Of a stretch of DNA of 64,000 nucleotides, positions 12,190 to 24,554 are shown piece by piece. How positions within the stretch are numbered: position 1 is the first letter of the stretch; each line of letters begins with the position of its first letter. The translations under genes and the position numbers were made by a program. The DNA comes from Camelus ferus (taxonomy: Eukaryota): contig NC_045697.1 in NCBI RefSeq assembly GCF_009834535.1, positions 115,818,001 to 115,882,000 of the forward strand. The letters are read 5' to 3'. A model generated the notes under the pieces. That model searched no databases. It was not told the origin of the DNA and was given only the letters and a program-made list of their open reading frames with translations.

Positions 12190-13200
12190 GCAATTGTATC
12201 ATCTTAAAATAAGTAGCCTTGTAAGTAATAAGTTTGAAAACCCACATCCACTGTATGATTCGTACTCATCGTTATTTTCAGGTAAAACATTTCAAAATAT
12301 TAAAAAACAATCTCTAGTAGCTCTTTTGGGATTCTCAATATGTGTCAGGCAGTTAAAATTCTCTTTTTTAGCACTAAAAAGTCAGTTGCTGACTTACTTT
12401 ATAAGACATGTGATACATCGTTATGAGACATGTGATACATCCTTAATAAATACTTTCTGTTAATATCATGCTGCCAAAAATGGAAAATGAGATAGCCAAT
12501 TACATTAAATTTTCTTCTAATGCACACTTCAATAAATGTGTCAGGACATATTTACATACTTCAGAAAATATATTATACCACTAAACATTTTTTCTTTGTA
12601 TAATAAATCTGTATAATACAATTGAAAAAAATTATTTTAAACTCTTGATTGCATTTTGAACTATTACAACTTTTCCATGATGTATGAGATATTAAATTTT
12701 TTCCAATGCAAATGGTCTCCAGAATTTGATATTGATAAAGATAAAACCTAATGCATAAACTATTTCAATGACTTCAAACATCAAGCTGAGATTTCAGATT
12801 GGGTGTGTAAAAACTTAGCTGAATTCTTTCTGAAATAAATCAAAAGCAAGGAAAGCAAGAGAGTAAAATGGAAATTCTGTATTAATTGATACGAATGAAT
12901 ACCCTTGACATCCATTTCAAAATAAATGAAGGTGGGCTACTAAATGGAATACAAATTGTACCAATGGGAAGGAAAAAGAAAAAACAGAGGACAAGATACT
13001 CAACACTGAAGATATCAGGTAGAGAGAAGCTCAAAACCAAGAAACCTAGTTTGAAACACCTATAACAGAAAGAATGCAACCAGTTACGTCTGCTACCTTG
13101 CTTGAAAATGAACTTTCAGGGAAGAAAAAGACACATTCTGAAGACACATTGTTTGTAATTATGGTAGTGAGACAGAAAAGAAACCATGAGTAGATGGAAC
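12190..13200 (+). mobile_element. Possible ancient hAT/Charlie-like transposase remnant
   Basis: Broken frames KFENPHPLY...QNIKKQ and ENEIANYIKFSSNAHFNKCVRTYLHTSENI loosely resemble Charlie HLETKHP...KKQ and KIKxIPLSNNTVxRRIxDMSENI; judged by eye only. Confidence 0.25.
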
Positions 13201-13449
13201 CTATAGTTCCAGTCTTTGTCAGGTAAAAATCAGACAAGGACACATACACACACAGAGTTTTTTATCCTATAGAACTCCACTGAGATCCAGGGAGAGTTCC
13301 AGCTACTCCAGGCTAAGTCTGATTCCTCCTCTATGCCATCTATTCTATAATAGCCAACTGAAGAGAATTCCAGTCATTAAAAAGTAATGATTAATTGATA
13401 ATAATAGCCAGCCTTAGAGATAAGCAAAACAACTTCAAACAAAAAGGTC

Positions 13450-13770
13450 ACTATCATTTAAGTTTGTTTGAGAAGAATTAAGATGAGAGGGACTACAAGA
13501 TTTATTTCTTTTATCAACATTTGTTTTAAAGCTATAGTAAATAAAACTGTATGGCAGTCTCTCAGAGGGACAAATGGACCAAGCCCAGAGCCAGTCCTAC
13601 AAATAGATGGAAACTAAACTTCTGATGGAGGTAACACTGACAGTATGTGGGTGAGAGGGGAATTATTCAGTAAACTGTATGCAAATAATTTTACAGAGGA
13701 AAGATGAAATCAGAATTTTGTATCATCTTCCACAAAAAAAATCAATGCCAGGTGAATTAGAGATTAAAGA
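13450..13770 (+). mobile_element. Ancient L1 ORF2 fragment
   Basis: TAAAGCTATAGTAAATAAAACTGTATGG and AAAATCAATGCCAGGTGAATTAGAGA resemble L1M ORF2. Confidence 0.6.
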
Positions 13771-13884
13771 CTTAGAGACTGCATGAAGAACGGCACTCCC
13801 AAATTCCACAAAAAAAAATCAATGCCAGATGAATTAGAGATTAAAGAATTAGAGACTGCATGAAGAACGGCACTCCCAAATTCC
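13728..13884. repeat. Tandem duplication, two copies of about 76 bp
   Basis: TTCCACAAAAAAAATCAATGCCAG...GGCACTCCCAAA at 13728-13803 and 13804-13880; two substitutions and a 1-nt A-run difference. Confidence 0.95.
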
Positions 13885-14298
13885 CAACCTCACCAAGAAG
13901 TAATGAGGACACCCTCAACCGTGTGTCAGCAGAGCACATTTTTTAGAAACTTATACTTCTATTTACAACTGGAAGTTACAAGGCAGTTCTTCTCCTGCTA
14001 GAGTGGTGTCACATAAATCCAGCCAAAATAGGTTTAAATAAAATATGGCCTCATGATATAATGGAAAAATGTCCAAGTGTCAGTCAAAAGTTGCTTCTTA
14101 CATCAAGAAACAGGGAAAGTCTAAAACTGAATGAAAAAAATAACAGATGACAACACCAATATGTCAAAGTTGTTAGAATTATCTGACAAAGACTTTAAAG
14201 CAGCCATGATTAGAACACTTCAGTTAGCAATTATAGAAACAAATGAAAAATAGAAACCCTCAGCAAAGAAATACAGTATCAGCAAAGAGATAAAATAT
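13770..14298 (+). mobile_element. Old L1M 5' region and ORF1 start
   Basis: GTTAGAATTATCTGACAAAGACTTTAAAGCAGCCATGATT...CTCAGCAAAGAAATA is typical of old L1 ORF1. Confidence 0.7.
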
Positions 14299-17200
14299 AG
14301 GAGTGATGTCAGCATCATAGCAGAGTTTAGTGTTCCCTTTTTCTCTCCACTTCAATCTACAAGTAAAGCATCCACAACTCAAAAAATATATCTTTGCTCA
14401 TTACACCGGGACACTGGAGAATTCCTCATATCTATACATCTAAAGGTGGGTGGACTAGTATAGATAGAGGAAGCAGAACCAGGGAAATGGTAGAAGCAGT
14501 GCCAGCAATCTTGGCCCCCAGCCATAACAGCTGAGACCCTGCAACCTCAGAGAACCTGGCAGCAGCAGGGAAGGCAGCTCACACAACGCCAACCTCCTGG
14601 CGGCAACTGTACGCATGGCATAGGCAACTGGAGAGAAGTAGCAGCAGAGGCTGGGACCCTGTTATCCAGCTGTAAAGATGCCCACAACTCCAGTCCCTCA
14701 CCCCTGCCTGCAGCAGCAAATTCCACAAACCTGGCAACAACAGACATGGCAGAAGAACTCATAACCCTAGCTCTTCCCCCAGCTCTTCTGTCCACTCATG
14801 GTGGCAGAGCCTGCAAATCAGATACCCAGCAGAAGATTCCCACCACCCTGGTGCTCCAGGCAGCAATACCAGCAACACTGACAGCAGCAAGACACCCACA
14901 ACCCTGGAGACACAAGAACTGATAATCAGGGCACTGGGTGACGCCTCTGACAGAGGTAGTGGCAAGTAAGTGCCAACTCTCAAATATAACCAGAAGCAGC
15001 TCAGGTAAGAGAAATAAAAAACTTGTGTATAGCATCACCTGTGGGAAAATAAAAGAAAAAAACTCTAATTTTAACTTGATGAATCCTTACCATCAAGTTT
15101 AAAAAATAAAAAGCTTTACCTTCAAATTCACTATTTCAAATGCACCAGCAGGTGAACAAATGATCCAGGACCATGAATGAAGAACCACAGTAACACTACA
15201 ACACACACACACACACAAGCTAATAATAATAAAAATTCTGAATCCAAACTTAAATTTATGGAATACTGCAATCTTACTTAAAGAGAATTCAAAAGAGCTG
15301 TCATGAAGAAACTCAACAAGTTCCAAAAACACTCATAAAGGCAGTTCAGTGAAATCAGGAATAAAATTAATGAGCAGAAGGAATATTTTACCAAAGAGAT
15401 TAAAACTCTAAAAAAAAAAATCCAAAGAGAAATCCTAGAGCTGAAGAACTCAATAAACAAGATGAGGAATGCATTCAGAAGCGCTGGAAATGGAGCAAAC
15501 CTCTGTGGAGGACAGTATTTGTGATCTCGAAGATAAGAATAGAGAAATGATGTAAATAGAAGAGAAAAAAGAATTAAAATATTTTTAAAGTGAGGAAATC
15601 TATGAGAGCTATTTGATTCTTTTGGGAAAGGCAATATTGGGGTAACAGGTACCTCAAAAGGGGAAGAGAGGAAGAAAGGAGCAAAGTTTATTTAAAGAAA
15701 CAATAAGAGAACTTCCCAAACCTGGGGAAGAAACTGGATATACAAGTTAATGAAGTTAAGAGAACGCCTAATTACCTCAATATAAAGAGACCTTCTCCAA
15801 GACATATTATACTAAAATTGTCAAAAGTCAATGATGAAGAAAGAGTTTTAAAGGGAGTCAGGGGAAAAATAATGGTAACCTACAAAGGAACCCCCCCTCA
15901 TTAGGCTATTAGTAGATTTCTCAGCAGAAACCCTACAGTCCAGGAGGGGTAACATTCTCAAAATACTGAAAGATTAAAACTGTCAGTGAAGACTACTCTA
16001 TCTAGCAAAGTTAACATTCAGAAATGAAGGAGAAATAAAGCTTTCCCAGACAAACAAAAGCTGAGGGATTTCATCAACACTGAAACTATCTTGTAAGAAA
16101 CATCAAAAAGAGCACTTCTACCTAAAACTAACAGCCAAGAGTACAGAAGACTTCAAATAATGTAATAAACAGAATCAGAAAATTGCAATTCTATATTAGA
16201 ATAGTTTTTAACACTTTATTATAGCATAAAACTTAAACGAAAAGAGTAGAAAAATAAGTATAGTTACTTTAATTTGGTAACAAACTCAATATAAAAAGTG
16301 GTAATTTGAGACAACAAAAACACAAAAGATGAAGATGAAACAGATGGAATCCATATAGGTAAATGAAGATAAGATGCTGTCCACATAAAAAGCTATTTTA
16401 TCTATAAGATGTTTTTAAAAAAAACTTCATGGTAACCACAAAATATAAATCTAGTGCAGAGACATCAAACCAAAAAAAAAAGGGGGGGGGGTACTGAGAA
16501 AATATTATGGAAAACTAACAAACCAAAATGTCTGACAGAAATATAAGGGAAAAGAAAAAATGGATATATAAAACAATGAGAAAACAAAAGATTAAAAAGC
16601 AGTACTAACTTCTCATCTATCACCCTAAATGTAATAATTAGCCTAAAAAATAATCATCCTAAATGTAAATGGATTGAATTCATCAATCAAAAGATGCAGA
16701 GTGGCTGGATGGATTTAAAAACATCCAGGACATTCACCTCAGCTCTAAAGACAAACATAAGCACTAAGGGAAGGAATGAAAGATGATACTCCAAGCAAAT
16801 GACAGCTGAAAGAAAGCAGATGTAACCAAACTCATACCAGACAAAGTAGACTTCAAGCCAACAAAGATGGACAGCATACAGTAATAAGGGGTATAGTTCA
16901 TCAAGAAGATATTACAGTTATTAAAATATATACACCTAACATAGCAGCACAAAAATATATATATAAAGCAGTTATTAACAGACCTAAAGGGGGAAATTTA
17001 CAGCATCACAATAATAGTAAGGGGACTTTTAATACCCCACTTACATCAAAGGAAAGTTCACCCAGACAGAATAGGGAAAAATATTGCCTTAAATAAAATG
17101 ATAGACCAGATGAATTTGTTATAATAATACAGAACATTCCCTCTAAATGCAGCAGAACTCACATTCTTTTCAAGTGCACATAGAACTTTCTCAAAGATAG

Positions 17201-17340
17201 ACCACATGTTGGGCCACAAAACAAGTCTAAGTAAATTTTAGAAGACTGAAATCATATCAAGCATCTTTTCTGATCACAATGGTGCGAAACTAGAAATCAA
17301 ATACAAGCAAAAAACTTAAAAAATATATGAATACTAAATC
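14299..17340 (+). mobile_element. L1 5' half: 5'UTR, decayed ORF1, ORF2 endonuclease
   Basis: Starts GGAGTGATGTCAGCATCATAGCAGAG (L1 5' end); ORF1 motifs GAACTTCCCAAACCTGGGG and TTCCCAGACAAACAAAAGCTGAGGGA; endonuclease motifs CTAAATGTAAATGGATTGAATTC and TCTGATCACAATGGT. Confidence 0.9.
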
Positions 17341-17344
17341 TATT

Positions 17345-20300
17345 AAAAAATTGAAAGTTCTTCTCTAAATAGAAAAGAATCAAAGATCTATAGGAAAGAG
17401 AAAATCACAAGAGGAAAGGCAAATATATAAAAGAATTGAAAACCACTTAAATAAGCCAGAACATAGACTAAAAAATAATTTAAAAAATTTTGTAAAAGTC
17501 ATTATAGCTATAATTAATAGCAAAAGGATAAGCATGAAGATGTAAAATAGAACATCAATATCACAGAATGTGGGCGAGGGACGTAAAAATCATAGATCCT
17601 TCAGAATGTGTTTGACTTATATAACTAGCAGTCTAAAGCAAGTAGATATCATTACAGGTTAACACACTTGAAAACCAGGGTAACCACAACTCAAAAATAT
17701 ACAATAGGTTCACAAAAAAATAGAAAGAAAAGCTCTCAAGCATAATATAAAAGAAAACTATCAAACCATAAAGGGAAAAAGAAAAAAAGACAAAGTATAA
17801 ATATAGAATTAATTGGAAAACAAGTTTTAAAATGGCAATAAATACATACTTATCAATAATAACTTTAAATGTTAATGGACTGAATGCCCAGATCAAAAGA
17901 CATAGAGTGGCATATTGGATTAAAAAAAAACAAGAACCCGTAAGATGCTGAATACAAGAGAATAACTTTCAGCCAAAAAAATACACATAAATTGAAAGTG
18001 AGGGGATGGAAAAAGGTATTTCACACAAATGGAAATGACCTGAAACAGGGATAGCAATACTTGTATTAGACAAATGAGATTTTGCAACAAAGGCCATAAA
18101 AAAAGACAAAGAAGGACACTATGTAATGTTAAAGGGATCAACACAAGAAGAGGATATTACACTTGTTATCATATATGTATCAAATATAAGAGCTCCTAAA
18201 TATATAAAACAAATACTAACAGACATAAAGGGAGAAATTGACAGGAATCCAATTTTAGTAGGAGACTTTAATACCCTTCTGACATCAATGGACAGATCTT
18301 CCAGACAAAAAAAAAATCAATATAGCAACAGAGATCCTAAATGATACAATAGTACAGTTGGATTTAATTGATATTTACAGGACTTCAAGCACCTTTTCGG
18401 ACCACAATGATATGAAACTAGAAATCAACTACAGAAATAAAAATGGGGAAAAAAATCATTGCATGGAGATTAAACAACAATCTACTAAAAAAAAAACCAA
18501 TGGGTCAATGATTAAACCAAAGAGGAACTCAAAAATACATGGAGATAAATGACAATAAAAACATAACCTTACAAAATCTATGGGAGATGAAAGACCTATA
18601 TGCTGAAAACTATAAAAATTTGACAAAGGAAATTGAAGATGATTCAAAGAAATGGAAAGGTATCTCATGCTGTTGGATTAGAAGAATTAACAATGTTAAA
18701 AAGGCCACACTATCAAAAGCAATCTATGGATTTAGTTTGATCTCTATCAAATACTTATGACATCTTTCACAGAACTAGAACAAATAATCCTAAAATTTAC
18801 ATGGAACCACAAAAGACCCAGAATTGCCCAAGCATTCCTGAAGAAAAGGAACAAAGCTGGAGGCATTACCCTTCCAGATCTCAGACAATATTGCAAAGCT
18901 ACATAAATCAAAACAGCATAGTTTTAGCACAAAAGCAGACATATAGGTTAATAGAACAGAATAGAGAGCCCAGAAATAAACGCACACACATACAGTCATG
19001 TAATCTACAACAAAGGAGGCAAAAATGTACGATGGAGAAAAGACAGTCTCTTCAGCAAGTGGTGTTGGGAAAGCTGGACAGCCTCATATAAATCAATGTT
19101 AGAGCACTCTCTCATACCATATACAAAAATAAACTTAAAATGGTTTAAAGACCTAAATATAAGACATGACACCACAAAACTCTTAGAAAAGAACATAGGA
19201 AAAACATTTTTTGGCATAAATCATAGCAATATTTTCTTAGATCAGTTTCCCAAGGCAAAAGAAGTAAAAGTAAAATTGAACAAATGGGACCAATCAAACT
19301 TTTAAAAAATTTTTGCATAATGAACAAAAGCATCAACAAAATGAAAAGACGATCTACAAAATGGAAGAAAACTTTTGAAAAGTATGCAACCCATCAGGGG
19401 TTAATATTCAAAATATAGAAATAGCTCATACAACTCAATATTCAAAAAACAAAAAACTCAGTCAAAAAATGGGCAGAAGACTTAAATAGATATTTCTCCA
19501 AAGATACATATGGCCATCAGGCACATACAAAGATGCTCAACATTACTAACTATTAGAGAAATGCAAATCAAAACTACAATGTGGCATTATCTCACACCAG
19601 GTAGAATGGCTATCATCAAAAAGTCTACAAATAATAAATGCTGAAAAGGGAATCCTCCTACACTGTTGGTTGGACTGTAAACTGGTGCATCCACTATGGA
19701 AAACAGTATGGAAATTTCTTTAAATATTAAAAATAGAGCTATCAGATGATCTAGCAATCTCACTCTCGGGCGTATATCTGGAGACTAAACTAATTCAAAA
19801 ATATATGTGCATCCCAATCTTCATAGTAGCACTATTTACAAAAGCCAAGACATGAAAACAACCCAAGTACCTCTCAACAGACAATTAGTTTAAGATGTGT
19901 GTGTATATATACACATACAGTGGACTATTAGTCGGCCACAAAAAATAATGACATAATGCCATTTGTAACAACATAGATGGACCTAAAGAATATCATGCCA
20001 AGTGAAGTTAAGCAGAGAAAGACAAATATTATATGATGTCACTTATATGTGAAATTTTAAAAATAAAAAATAATCTGTATATAAAACAAAAACAGATTTA
20101 CAGACATAGAAAACAAACTTTTGGTTACCAAAGGAGAAAGGAAGGGGAAGGATAAACCAGGATTATGAGATTAACAGATACAAAACTCTATATATAAAAT
20201 AGATAAGCAAAAAGGATTTACTGTATAACACAGGGAACTATATTCAATATTTTGTAATAACCTTTAATCAAAAATAATCTGAATATATATATGTATACAC

Positions 20301-20372
20301 ATACATATATGTAACTTTGTTATACACCTGAAACTAACACAATATTGTAAATCTACTGTACTTCAATTAAAA
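17345..20372 (+). mobile_element. Second L1 (inter-ORF region to 3' end) with internal deletions removing the RT domain
   Basis: ORF2 start ATGGCAATAAATACATAC near 17832; endonuclease peptide KYIKQILTDIKGEIDRNPILVGDFNT; jumps at QNLW|EMKDLYAENYK near 18583 to post-RT sequence; ends CTTCAATTAAAAA. Confidence 0.9.
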
Positions 20373-20374
20373 AC

Positions 20375-20800
20375 ACACAATCAATCAACAGTATCTAATT
20401 GACATTTATACGACACTTCACTCAACAATGGCAGAATATTTTTTTTCAAATGTCCATGGGACATACACTAAAAGACAGCACATCCTGGGCCATGAAAATT
20501 CTCAGCTAATTAAAGAAATCATGCAGTGTATATTTTTTAACCAAATTGGAATCAAACTAGAAATCAATAATAGAAAGGTAACAGGAAAAGTTCTAAATAC
20601 TTGAAGACTAAACAGCACACCTCTAAATAACCTATGGGTTAAATAGGATATCACAAGTGAAATTTTAAAAGTGCACTGATGAGAGAAAATTCAGCATATG
20701 AGTATTTGTGAGAGGCAGCAAAAGCCCTGCTAAGAGTTTTATTAACACTATTTGCTTACATGATCAAGGGGAATGTCTCAAATCAAAAATCTATTCTCCA
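20375..20800 (+). mobile_element. Old L1M ORF2 endonuclease fragment
   Basis: TCTAATTGACATTTATACGACACTTCACTCAACAATGGCAGAATA...GGAATCAAACTAGAAATCAATAA. Confidence 0.8.
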
Positions 20801-22460
20801 TTTGAGATTCCAATTGCGTGTATGTTAAACTGTCTGATGTTGTCCCACAGCTCTTGGATGCCCTGATATGTTTTCTTACTTTTATTTTTCATTTATGCTT
20901 CAGTTTGTATTTCTACTGACCTATATTTAGCTAGCTTATTTCTCAGCTATGTCAAAGTCTACAGGTCAGCCCATCAAAATCATTATCTGTTACTTACGTT
21001 TTTAAAAAAATTTTTCTAGCATTTACATCTGCTTATTTCTTATAGTTTCCATCTCTACACTGAAATTCCCCATCTGTTAAATCCTACTGTCCACTTTTTC
21101 TCACTAGAGAATTTAACATATTAATCATAATTATATCAAAGTCCTTGTCTGATAGTTTCAGCATCTGGGCCATCCTCTCATCTAGTTCTATTGGTTATTT
21201 TGTCTTTTGACAGCAGATTATTGTTCTTTGCTTTTTGTGCATCTTATAATTTTTCATTGAATTCCATACATCTTGTGTATACTAGTAGAGACTGACTATA
21301 TGTTATTTATGCTTGGAAATGTTCATGCCTCTTCTGCTAGGCTATCAGTGTGGAAGGATGGGAAGGAGTGAGTCAGTCTAGTCAGGCGTTGAGCTGAATT
21401 TAAGTTTTTTTAATTTTATGGTAACTTTCACTGTACTGCTTGCTTCAGCTTCCTTTAGCATGTGTTTTAAGGCAGGGATGGCCAGCATTTCCAGTGGGTT
21501 TTTTTTGTTTGTTTGTTTGTTTGTTTGTTTGTTTGTTTGTTTTATGCTAGATCTTATCTTCCAGTCTTCCCTGTGCACCTGCATCACACAAGGCTTCTTG
21601 CTTCACTCATTTTCCCTAAGCCATTGCTATTGCTTACAACCCAGGAGCAAGAGGGGATGAGTTGTTTCTCTGTGGTCATGGTTCAGCCTCATTCTTAGAC
21701 AAGCCATGGGCTTAGGTCTCTGGAGTGGAGCTTTCCTAATGATTGTGCTCTTCTTCCCCATTGCAGCCAAACTCTGCCTTAACTATTCAGTGGGTGTTGT
21801 TTGCAAGAGAGTTCTCTGCCCATTGCCCAAGGATCGGGGAACATAACTATACTAGTGTAGGGTCCTCGCCTTTCCCCCAAGTTAGAAGGTCCCCCCCTCC
21901 TTTTACTCTTTCCCCAGCTGCAATGGTCTTCACACGCCCCTTGGGGATAACAGCATTTGTTTACCTTTCCCTATGGCCTTAAATATTTTGTCCCATGTGA
22001 TAGAAAGTCCTGGAGGGGCTTTATGCTTTTTCCCATAGACTCTGCCTCTGAGGAAGCCTCTCAATTCTCACTCCTTGCTCTAAATTTTTCTCATGAGCAC
22101 CCACTGGAGGTCTGTGGAGAAGAACTTGCAAGTGATTGCAAACTCTATTTGTGTCTATGACTCCCAAGGTTTCAACACTCTCACTTGGCATTAAGAAACT
22201 CATTAAAAAGTTTACCTGAATAGCACCCAGCCTCTCTCCCTCCCATGTTGTGCCACACATGAGCCAGTGCTTGCTCCTTATTACTCCTTGGAGCAGACTG
22301 CTTGTCTTTGGATTTCCAGTTGGTTTCCCTTTGGCATCAGCTCTCTGATGATCTCAAAGAAAAGTATGATTTTGTAATTTATCTGACTTTTTCTTATTTT
22401 TAGGGTGGGAGCACTATTTTTAAATTTTTACACCCTTTTTACATCCAAAAAGTAGAAGCC
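20800..22460 (-). mobile_element. Old L1M ORF1 and 5'UTR, opposite orientation
   Basis: TTCCAATTGCGTGTATGTTAAACTG and TAATTATATCAAAGTCCTTGTCTGATAGTTTCAGCATCTGG are reverse L1 ORF1; contains a (GTTT)n run near 21505-21542. Confidence 0.75.
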
Positions 22461-23024
22461 TCAGAGTTTTCAGTTTTTTAATTAACATATACTGAGTAGA
22501 AGTCACTAATTCACATGAAGATTGGGATGACACTAGTCACATAATTCTTTCCTGGAACCTCATTTTTTTCCCTTGCTTTCTGAACGATTTTGTCTTTTCA
22601 AATATAATCCTCCTGAAATCTGCTGTTAAGTTGACATACCTCAACGGCTGGTTTTTTAAAGCCAAAATTTCAATATTTTATGTATGATAGAGTTATTTTA
22701 ACTATTTCTGTTTCCTTCAGTGTGGAATTTAAATTTAAGTTCTTATTTTAAATTAAATTGAGAAATTAATAAAAATTTAACATTATGCACACTTTGAGAT
22801 TTTCCTTTCTTAAACACAAAATTAAAACTGCTATATCATTTGAGAAATTCACAAAAGAATAATCAATATGTTAAATTTTTAAAAGCTGGAAGATTATATT
22901 CAAAAGCATGTGGATAAGATCACTAGCAATTTAAATGTTATAATCATACACGGAATGGTAGAATTTTGGTTTTAAAAAATAGGAGAAATTAAAGGAGATT
23001 TTTAATACATGCATACCTCATTTT

Positions 23025-23163
23025 TTTTTCGTTTTTTAGTTTTATTAGGTAGGATCATTACAATTTGATTGCACATATACAATATATTGCATGTAAATAC
23101 ATATATAATATACTGCACATATTTTTAAATTTATGTATATGTACTGTTCATTGTTTCTAGGAA
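23025..23163 (-). other. Orphan polyadenylated retro-insertion with TSD
   Basis: T tract at 23021-23037, minus-strand AATAAA at 23041-23046, TSD ATACCTCATTTT at 23013-23024 and 23164-23175. Confidence 0.8.
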
Positions 23164-24404
23164 ATACCTCATTTTATTGAACTTTACAGATACTGCATTT
23201 TTTACAAATGGAAGGTTTGTGGCAACTCTGAGTCTAGCAAGTCTTTCAGTGTTATGCAATTTTGGAACAGCATTTGCTCATTTTATGTCTCTGTGTTACA
23301 TTTTGGTAATTATTGCAATACTTAAAATTTTTCCTTACTGTTGTATTTGCTGTGTTACTGTGATCAGTGATCTACTACTGTAATTGTTTGGTAGCGCCAC
23401 CGACCATACTTGTTCATGACAGCATATTTAGTTGATAAATGTCTTGTGTTTTCTGTCTGCTCTGTTGATCAGTGGTTCCTTTGTTTCTCTTCTCCTTGGG
23501 CCTTCCTATTCCCTGAGACACAATAATTTTGAAATTAGGCCAATTAATAATCCTAGAATGGCCTCTTAAGTGTTCAGGTAAAAGAGTCACATGCCTCTCA
23601 CTTTGAATCAAAAGCTAGAAATGATTAGGCTTAATGTGAAAGACATGTTTAAAGCCATGATAGGATGAAAGCTACCCCTCTTGCAACAGTTAGCCAGGTT
23701 GTGAATGCAAAGGAAAACTTCTTGAAGAAAATCTGAAGTGCTACTCCAGTGAACACATAACTAATAAGAAAGTGAAACAGCTGATATGGAGAAAGTTTGA
23801 GTGGTCTGAATAGAAGCTCAAACAAGGCACAGCATTCCCTTAAACCAAAGCTTGACCCAGAGCAAAGCCCTAAATCTTTTTAATTCTATGAAGGCCAAGA
23901 GAAGTGAGGAAGGTGCAGAGGAAAAGTCTGAAGATAGCAGAGGTTAGTTCATCAAGTTCAAGGAAAGAAGCCATCTTCATAACATAAAAGTGCAGAAAGC
24001 TGCAGCAAGTTATCCAGAAGATGTAGCTCAGATCATTAACAAAGGTGACTACACTAAACAACAGATTTTTAATGTAGATAAAAGAACCTTCTATTGGAAG
24101 AAGATGCCATCTAGGATTTTCATAGCTAGAGAGGAGAAGTCAATGCTTGGCTTCAAAGCTTCAAAGAACAGGCTGACTCTTGTTAGGGGCTAATGTAGCT
24201 GGTGACCTTAAATTGAAGCCAAGGCTCATGTACCATTTTGAAAATCCTAGGGCCTTTAAGAATTATGCTCTTATCTATTCTTCCTGTGCTCTATAAATGG
24301 AACAGCAAAGGCTGGATGATAGCACATCTGTTTAAAATATGATTTACTAAATACATTAAGGTCACTGTTAAGATCTACTACTAAGAAAAAAAGATTCCTT
24401 TCAA

Positions 24405-24554
24405 GGGGGAGGATATAGCTCAAATGGTAGACCACATGCTTAGCATACACAGGGTCCTGGGTTCAATCCCCAGTACCTCCTCTAAAAATAAACAAAATAA
24501 GTAAACCTAACTACCTTTCCCCCTAATAAAATAAAATAAATGAAGATTTTTTTT
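24405..24554 (+). mobile_element. tRNA-derived SINE inserted in Tigger1
   Basis: GGGGGAGGATATAGCTCAAATGGTAGA...GGTTCAATCCCCAGTACC; perfect 16-bp TSD AAAAGATTCCTTTCAA at 24389-24404 and 24555-24570. Confidence 0.95.

Noticed and set aside
14547..15038. Antisense ORFs in the L1 5'UTR as an ORF0-like product
   Set aside because: The element is decayed and the frames are short with no conserved features I can see.
20770..20812. Inverted repeat TCTCAAAT/ATTTGAGA at the L1 orientation switch
   Set aside because: Each arm can be derived from its own L1 sequence, and it is too short to imply a mechanism.
24405..24480. tRNA-Ala(AGC)-like genes here and at 8672, 46905 and 55760
   Set aside because: Each continues into a SINE tail with an A tract and TSD, and the stems carry mismatches, so they are SINE heads rather than tRNA genes.
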